Source: a virus (taxonomy: Duplodnaviria; Caudoviricetes). Taken from it: a stretch of 55,189 nucleotides of DNA. Where the stretch lies: positions 1-55,189 of the IMG/VR virus record IMGVR_UViG_3300036859_000189. One strand, written 5' to 3'. Each line of letters starts with the position of its first letter. The first letter of the stretch is position 1. The position numbers and the translations under genes were made by a program. Below, piece by piece: positions 51,098 through 55,189 of this stretch. The notes beneath the pieces were generated by a model, which had not been told where the DNA came from, did no database searches, and worked only from the letters and a program-made list of their open reading frames with translations.

Positions 51098-51940
51098 ATG
51101 ACTATCTCTGAAGCGTTTGATTTATACATCTTTGAGGGGATCAAGCTCCAGGGAGGAGCGCAGAAAACCCAAGCGAACTATGTCACGGCTAAAGCATCGA
51201 TCCTCCAGGCCGTCGGGGACATACCAATTGCTTTAGTTTCTCTAGATCACGTCACTCGCTGGAAGTTATATATGGACTCCCGGGGGAATCAGGTTAACAC
51301 CATCAAAGGTAACCTCGGTAGATTGAGAAGTATCCTCGCGTTCCTTAAGGTTCGGGGGATTGCGGTCATGGACTACCGGGACATCACCTTACCTAAGGTC
51401 GAGAGAAAGGGCATCCAGCCTTTAGATTACAAGGAAGTCCAACAGATTATCGACGTCGCTTCCAACCCGAGGGATAAAGCAATCGTAGCGTGTTTGTTTT
51501 CTACGGGATGCAGAATATCCGAGCTTTTGAACTTAAACAGGGGTGAGATTATAGACGGAGCAGCGAGAGTCATGGGGAAAGGGAGTAAGATCCGTCCAGT
51601 GTACTTTGACAAGACCTCCCTAGAGCTTCTAGGAGCCTATTTAAACAGCCGGAAGGACAAGCTGCCTCCGCTTTTCATCTCAGGTCAGTATCGCCGTCTG
51701 ACGGTCTCCAGGGTGGAGCAGATTCTTCATGTCTTAGCGAGTGAAGCCGGGATTGAAAAGAACGTCACGCCGCACGTCTTCAGGCATTCGACTATCACGG
51801 ACTACATCAAGAACGGGGCTGATATGTATGCGGTTCAGAAGATCGCCGGCCATGCCAGTATTCAAACGACCTTAAATATTTACACCCACGTTTCGGACAA
51901 GTACACTAAAGAAGCATTCGAAAAGTTCCATTCGCGTTGA
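51098..51940 (+). CDS. int: Tyrosine integrase
   Basis: TGCRISE, GKGSKIR, HVFRH, AGH, IY catalytic motifs; adjacent to att. Confidence 0.95.
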   Translation: MTISEAFDLYIFEGIKLQGGAQKTQANYVTAKASILQAVGDIPIALVSLDHVTRWKLYMDSRGNQVNTIKGNLGRLRSILAFLKVRGIAVMDYRDITLPKVERKGIQPLDYKEVQQIIDVASNPRDKAIVACLFSTGCRISELLNLNRGEIIDGAARVMGKGSKIRPVYFDKTSLELLGAYLNSRKDKLPPLFISGQYRRLTVSRVEQILHVLASEAGIEKNVTPHVFRHSTITDYIKNGADMYAVQKIAGHASIQTTLNIYTHVSDKYTKEAFEKFHSR

Positions 51941-51985
51941 CAAACATATAGGCTCATGCTAAACTGTGTTTAGTTCTTTAAAAAC
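51937..51985 (+). promoter_or_regulatory. Sigma70 promoter plus boxA-like element facing att
   Basis: TTGACA (51937)-N17-TAAACT (51960) with extended TG; GTTCTTTAAAAA at 51973. Confidence 0.7.
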
Positions 51986-52099
51986 CTAAAAGACACCACT
52001 TGCCGAACGAATTTATACCTATCCAAGTGGCGGGACCAAATCACCTCTGATGATTCGGTAATCGCATTCGCAGGTTCGAATCCTGCACCCCCAGCCAAT
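51973..52099 (+). repeat. Right att copy (attR)
   Basis: Identical to 1-127; lies 32 bp after the integrase stop; host-type genes follow. Confidence 0.9.
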
Positions 52100-52167
52100 T
52101 TCTCGACTAGCGCTCTGAAATCTCTTGAATATCAGCCTGTATTTTCTTGTTAGCCGAATACTCTCCG

Positions 52168-54180
52168 TCAAATATAATCTGCAGCAGAACCTGCTTTGAA
52201 TCTGATGAACTCGATTTTATGAAATCGTTCATTACTCCTTCGTGCATTTTTGTACCAGGTTTCTTCGATAGTTAGTCCTGAAGCGGTTAGGGTTCTCATA
52301 TTTGGGTAGGGCATGGGGCCACTGTCAGTGTGGGTTCTTTCGACAGCTGCCTTTTCCTGATTCGGGCGTTCACCACCAAGCAGGTTGTATAGTTCATCTA
52401 ACAGCTCTAGCCACGCTTCCGTCTCACTCATCTCAGGGCTGAGCTCTACTGCACAGTCCTTATAATCACCTGTGCTCACAACACTATCTACAAGTCGCGC
52501 GAAGATCCGGCAGTCATCTCCCTCACCCAACTTACTTGCTATGGTACTGATAGGGCCAATATCCACGTCCCTTCCGAACCTGGAAAGACAGGAAGCCAGC
52601 TTCACGAGTGCTCTGCTTATAATTTCCGCATGCCTAGCTTCTGCCGAGTCCACTGAGCTCCCATGTTCATCATCGCTGCGCTTCACTTGCTTAGCTACTG
52701 TCCTTATAACATTGCCCAGGAATTCCCGTGAGTCCGGAGTGGTTCCGATGTTGTGTCCTGCCGGCAATCGAAACACCGTGATGCCCGGTCCTATGTCTCG
52801 GGGATCGTGTGCATCTCTATAAGCGAGACGGCCCAAAAAGCTTTTTCCAATAACTTTCCAGTAACTTTCGGCAAACCCAGGGGGAGTTATTAAGTCATAC
52901 GTACCGAGAAGATCCACAACCGAAACTCCAGTGGCAAGCAAGTTTGCCGTAACCCGGTAGGTGCTACGGTCACGCCAGTCTTTGCCATCGAAGCCCCATT
53001 TTGGATATGCTTGAACGATCCCGCCATAACCGCCCTCAGGGATAGCTTCCTCGGGGAAACCGAGATCCGCAAAGTATCGCTCAATAATTCCTTTCAGGAT
53101 TCGCTCCCGCTCGTCAACGACGGGTTCAATCCTAACGGTATCCGATTTTGGGAGAGCTATACGGCCGTCGAGCGTACTAACAACTTGTTTTTTGTCATTG
53201 AGCAAGTTTTCAGTAAAGGACTTGACGTCTACTTGCAGATTCTCCTCGAACAATCCACGCGGCAGGCCAGTATAGCGCTCCAGCCTGCTGACAATCTCCT
53301 CGCGCTCTGCTGCTGACAGTGCGTGTGGACGAGCAAGAGCGTCCGTATATATGCCATTCGCAAATTCGCGCACTTCATCAAAAAGCTCGTCAGCTGGCAT
53401 AGTCTGTTCACGCTCTCCTAGACGCTCATGATACTTTGCCGTGGCTGCGAGGGACGGCAAAGGCAAAGCATACAGCCTCGGATCTTCCGGGTGGCCTATG
53501 CCACGTTGTTCTTTGCTCGCACCTGGTTGCAGAACGTTTGCTGCGTAGTCATTGAGAGGATTGATTCGCACCAGACCGACAGACTTACCGCGCTCGGCTA
53601 ATAAACGAGCGGCTTCACTACTTCGAAAGGTCGAATACGAGGACATAGCAAAGACAACTGGATTATCTTCTAGTCCGTTGATTGATAGGTATGTTTCGAC
53701 AAAAGCGCTAAAGGCCTGGGCATCGCGCTTGACGCTATAGTAGTGTTCCGGGTCTTTGCTACGTCCATAGCCAGTATCAGGGGCGTCGTAATAGACCAAG
53801 CGCGCCACAGGAAGAGGTGTAAACTCATTTGGAACCAAGTGTGGACGGTCAGATAATCGTCCATCGGCATGATACTCAACAACCATGGGACCAGTCCTGT
53901 TTATACCAGCCTGCGCCGGGGAAATCGGCCCACCTGGACATTCGAATACGACTACTCTTGAAGAATCGGCAACTTCAGCGATATCAAAGGCAGCAAAGCT
54001 TGCCGTAGCGCGAGATTCGGGTTGCCGGAGGTGATACGTAGTGTCTGATAATTGCACCATTCCAACTGTTGCTGCATAACCCAGGCCGTCTGGTAAACGA
54101 CGACCGGATTCGACTGTTTCAGTAATCTCTGCTGTAACGTTAAGCAGGTATCCTCTTGATATCTCTCCTGGAAAAGCCAT
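52168..54180 (-). CDS. Host S10 serine carboxypeptidase-like protein (divergent)
   Basis: PGGP, DAPDTGY, SSYS (vs GESYG), TLDGR, YDLITP, AGH. Confidence 0.7.
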   Translation of the reverse strand: MAFPGEISRGYLLNVTAEITETVESGRRLPDGLGYAATVGMVQLSDTTYHLRQPESRATASFAAFDIAEVADSSRVVVFECPGGPISPAQAGINRTGPMVVEYHADGRLSDRPHLVPNEFTPLPVARLVYYDAPDTGYGRSKDPEHYYSVKRDAQAFSAFVETYLSINGLEDNPVVFAMSSYSTFRSSEAARLLAERGKSVGLVRINPLNDYAANVLQPGASKEQRGIGHPEDPRLYALPLPSLAATAKYHERLGEREQTMPADELFDEVREFANGIYTDALARPHALSAAEREEIVSRLERYTGLPRGLFEENLQVDVKSFTENLLNDKKQVVSTLDGRIALPKSDTVRIEPVVDERERILKGIIERYFADLGFPEEAIPEGGYGGIVQAYPKWGFDGKDWRDRSTYRVTANLLATGVSVVDLLGTYDLITPPGFAESYWKVIGKSFLGRLAYRDAHDPRDIGPGITVFRLPAGHNIGTTPDSREFLGNVIRTVAKQVKRSDDEHGSSVDSAEARHAEIISRALVKLASCLSRFGRDVDIGPISTIASKLGEGDDCRIFARLVDSVVSTGDYKDCAVELSPEMSETEAWLELLDELYNLLGGERPNQEKAAVERTHTDSGPMPYPNMRTLTASGLTIEETWYKNARRSNERFHKIEFIRFKAGSAADYI

Positions 54181-54231
54181 AAGACAGATAGTATAAGATT
54201 ATGGCCCAGCATGGAAACAATGAACCGATCG

Positions 54232-54274
54232 TTTGGTCCGGCATTCGGGAGTTCGAGTCTCTCCGCCCCAGCCA
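54232..54274 (+). pseudogene. Second tRNA-Gln(TTG)-like 3' fragment
   Basis: TTTGGT-CCGG-CATTC-GGGAG-TTCGAGT-CTCTC-CGCCCCA-GCCA; no pairing 5' half. Confidence 0.6.
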
Positions 54275-54414
54275 TGCAAGAGAAGAGCTATTCTGCTGCC
54301 AGCTCTTAGGTTCTAGAAAATGCGGCAAAAGTGACCAAGGACAAATAGGTTGCAAACGAGATGTGATATTGCTAGGATACAATTTGTTAACGATAAACAA
54401 AAAAGGAGAGAGAA

Positions 54415-54570
54415 ATGGCAAAACCATCCTTCGTAGGAACTTCAGGCGGCCGGAGCGCTAGCTCAATGCCAAATGCCAAGTCAACTGCAGGCAAGACTAA
54501 GGCCGCAGCTAATCAGGCATCCGCCAAGGCAAAAGCTGCTGCAGCCAAAGCAAAGGGTAAGAGCAAGTAA
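54415..54570 (+). CDS. 51-aa Ala/Lys-rich basic peptide (not in ORF track)
   Basis: TTGCAA-N17-TAGGAT promoter (54350-54378), AAGGAG RBS, downstream hairpin. Confidence 0.65.
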   Translation: MAKPSFVGTSGGRSASSMPNAKSTAGKTKAAANQASAKAKAAAAKAKGKSK

Positions 54571-54668
54571 TTCCTCGAACTTTACAGCTATAGAGGAGCC
54601 CAACATTGTTTAATGAAGGGCTTCTTTTAGTTGTAGAATAAGTCAGATGGATAGGGTTGCAAAATAAC

Positions 54669-55189
54669 ATGGCACACACAAACAACTACTTCGATAATAA
54701 GTCTCTTGCACGAAAGCAGTGGATGAAAGAGAACTTCCGGGCTTCGTGGCTTAAACTGACGGTCGGTGTGGTGTTTTCGCTGATTTCAGTCGGTTTGCAG
54801 CTACTCAACCCTTGGCCCTTAAAGATATTAATCGATTCAGTCTTTGGTAAAGTTCCGGCGCCAGGTTTTTTGCGCGCTTTTACTGGCACCTATACCTTAC
54901 TTGTCATCGTGGCCATCAGCTATGTCAGCTTGTATATAATCAGTGGCCTGTTAGACATCATAGATAGCTATCTCACGACATGGTTTACCAATCAACTCAG
55001 CATCAAATTGCAGACAGCGTTTTTCTATCACATCATCAATTTGCCAGAGGAAACACGGCGAAAAATCGAGAGCGGTGATTACGTCTACCGTCTGAACGAG
55101 CAGGCAGACAACCTGCCAGTGCTCATATTTAGTACTGCGGCTTCGGCACTGGCGAGTGTATTTACTATCGTGGCAGCGATTGTCATTTT
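54669..55189 (+). CDS. ABC exporter, N-terminal TM domain (runs off the window)
   Basis: LQLLNPWPLKILIDSVF, SGDYVYRLN. Confidence 0.8.
   Translation, partial: MAHTNNYFDNKSLARKQWMKENFRASWLKLTVGVVFSLISVGLQLLNPWPLKILIDSVFGKVPAPGFLRAFTGTYTLLVIVAISYVSLYIISGLLDIIDSYLTTWFTNQLSIKLQTAFFYHIINLPEETRRKIESGDYVYRLNEQADNLPVLIFSTAASALASVFTIVAAIVI

Overview
Positions 1-52099 are an apparently complete ~52 kb temperate phage with a podovirus-like (P22-type) virion module. It is integrated by a tyrosine integrase at the 3' half of a tRNA-Gln and followed by ~3 kb of host DNA. The host is probably Patescibacteria/Saccharibacteria-like, which is an inference from the KGG protein. All credible phage genes are on the + strand, and I recognise no repressor or replication enzyme. 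Main observations: (1) a 13 kb, 18-gene glycan synthesis and transfer cluster sits inside the structural module, next to three virion genes with mucin-like Ser/Thr tracts, a candidate phage-encoded virion glycosylation system; (2) a multipartite repeat (CGAACCAC-N11/12-GARCTAGC) occurs nine times in the early region; (3) a fixed-geometry motif (AGACCCTTG-N32/33-start codon) precedes seven late genes; (4) a strong promoter plus boxA lies on the far side of att, so integration would disconnect it from the early operon; (5) a hairpin-rich leader contains a non-canonical tRNA-like element; (6) a free-standing LAGLIDADG gene is flanked by a recoded duplicate of its target. All product calls come from motif recognition by eye, and no database searches were run.
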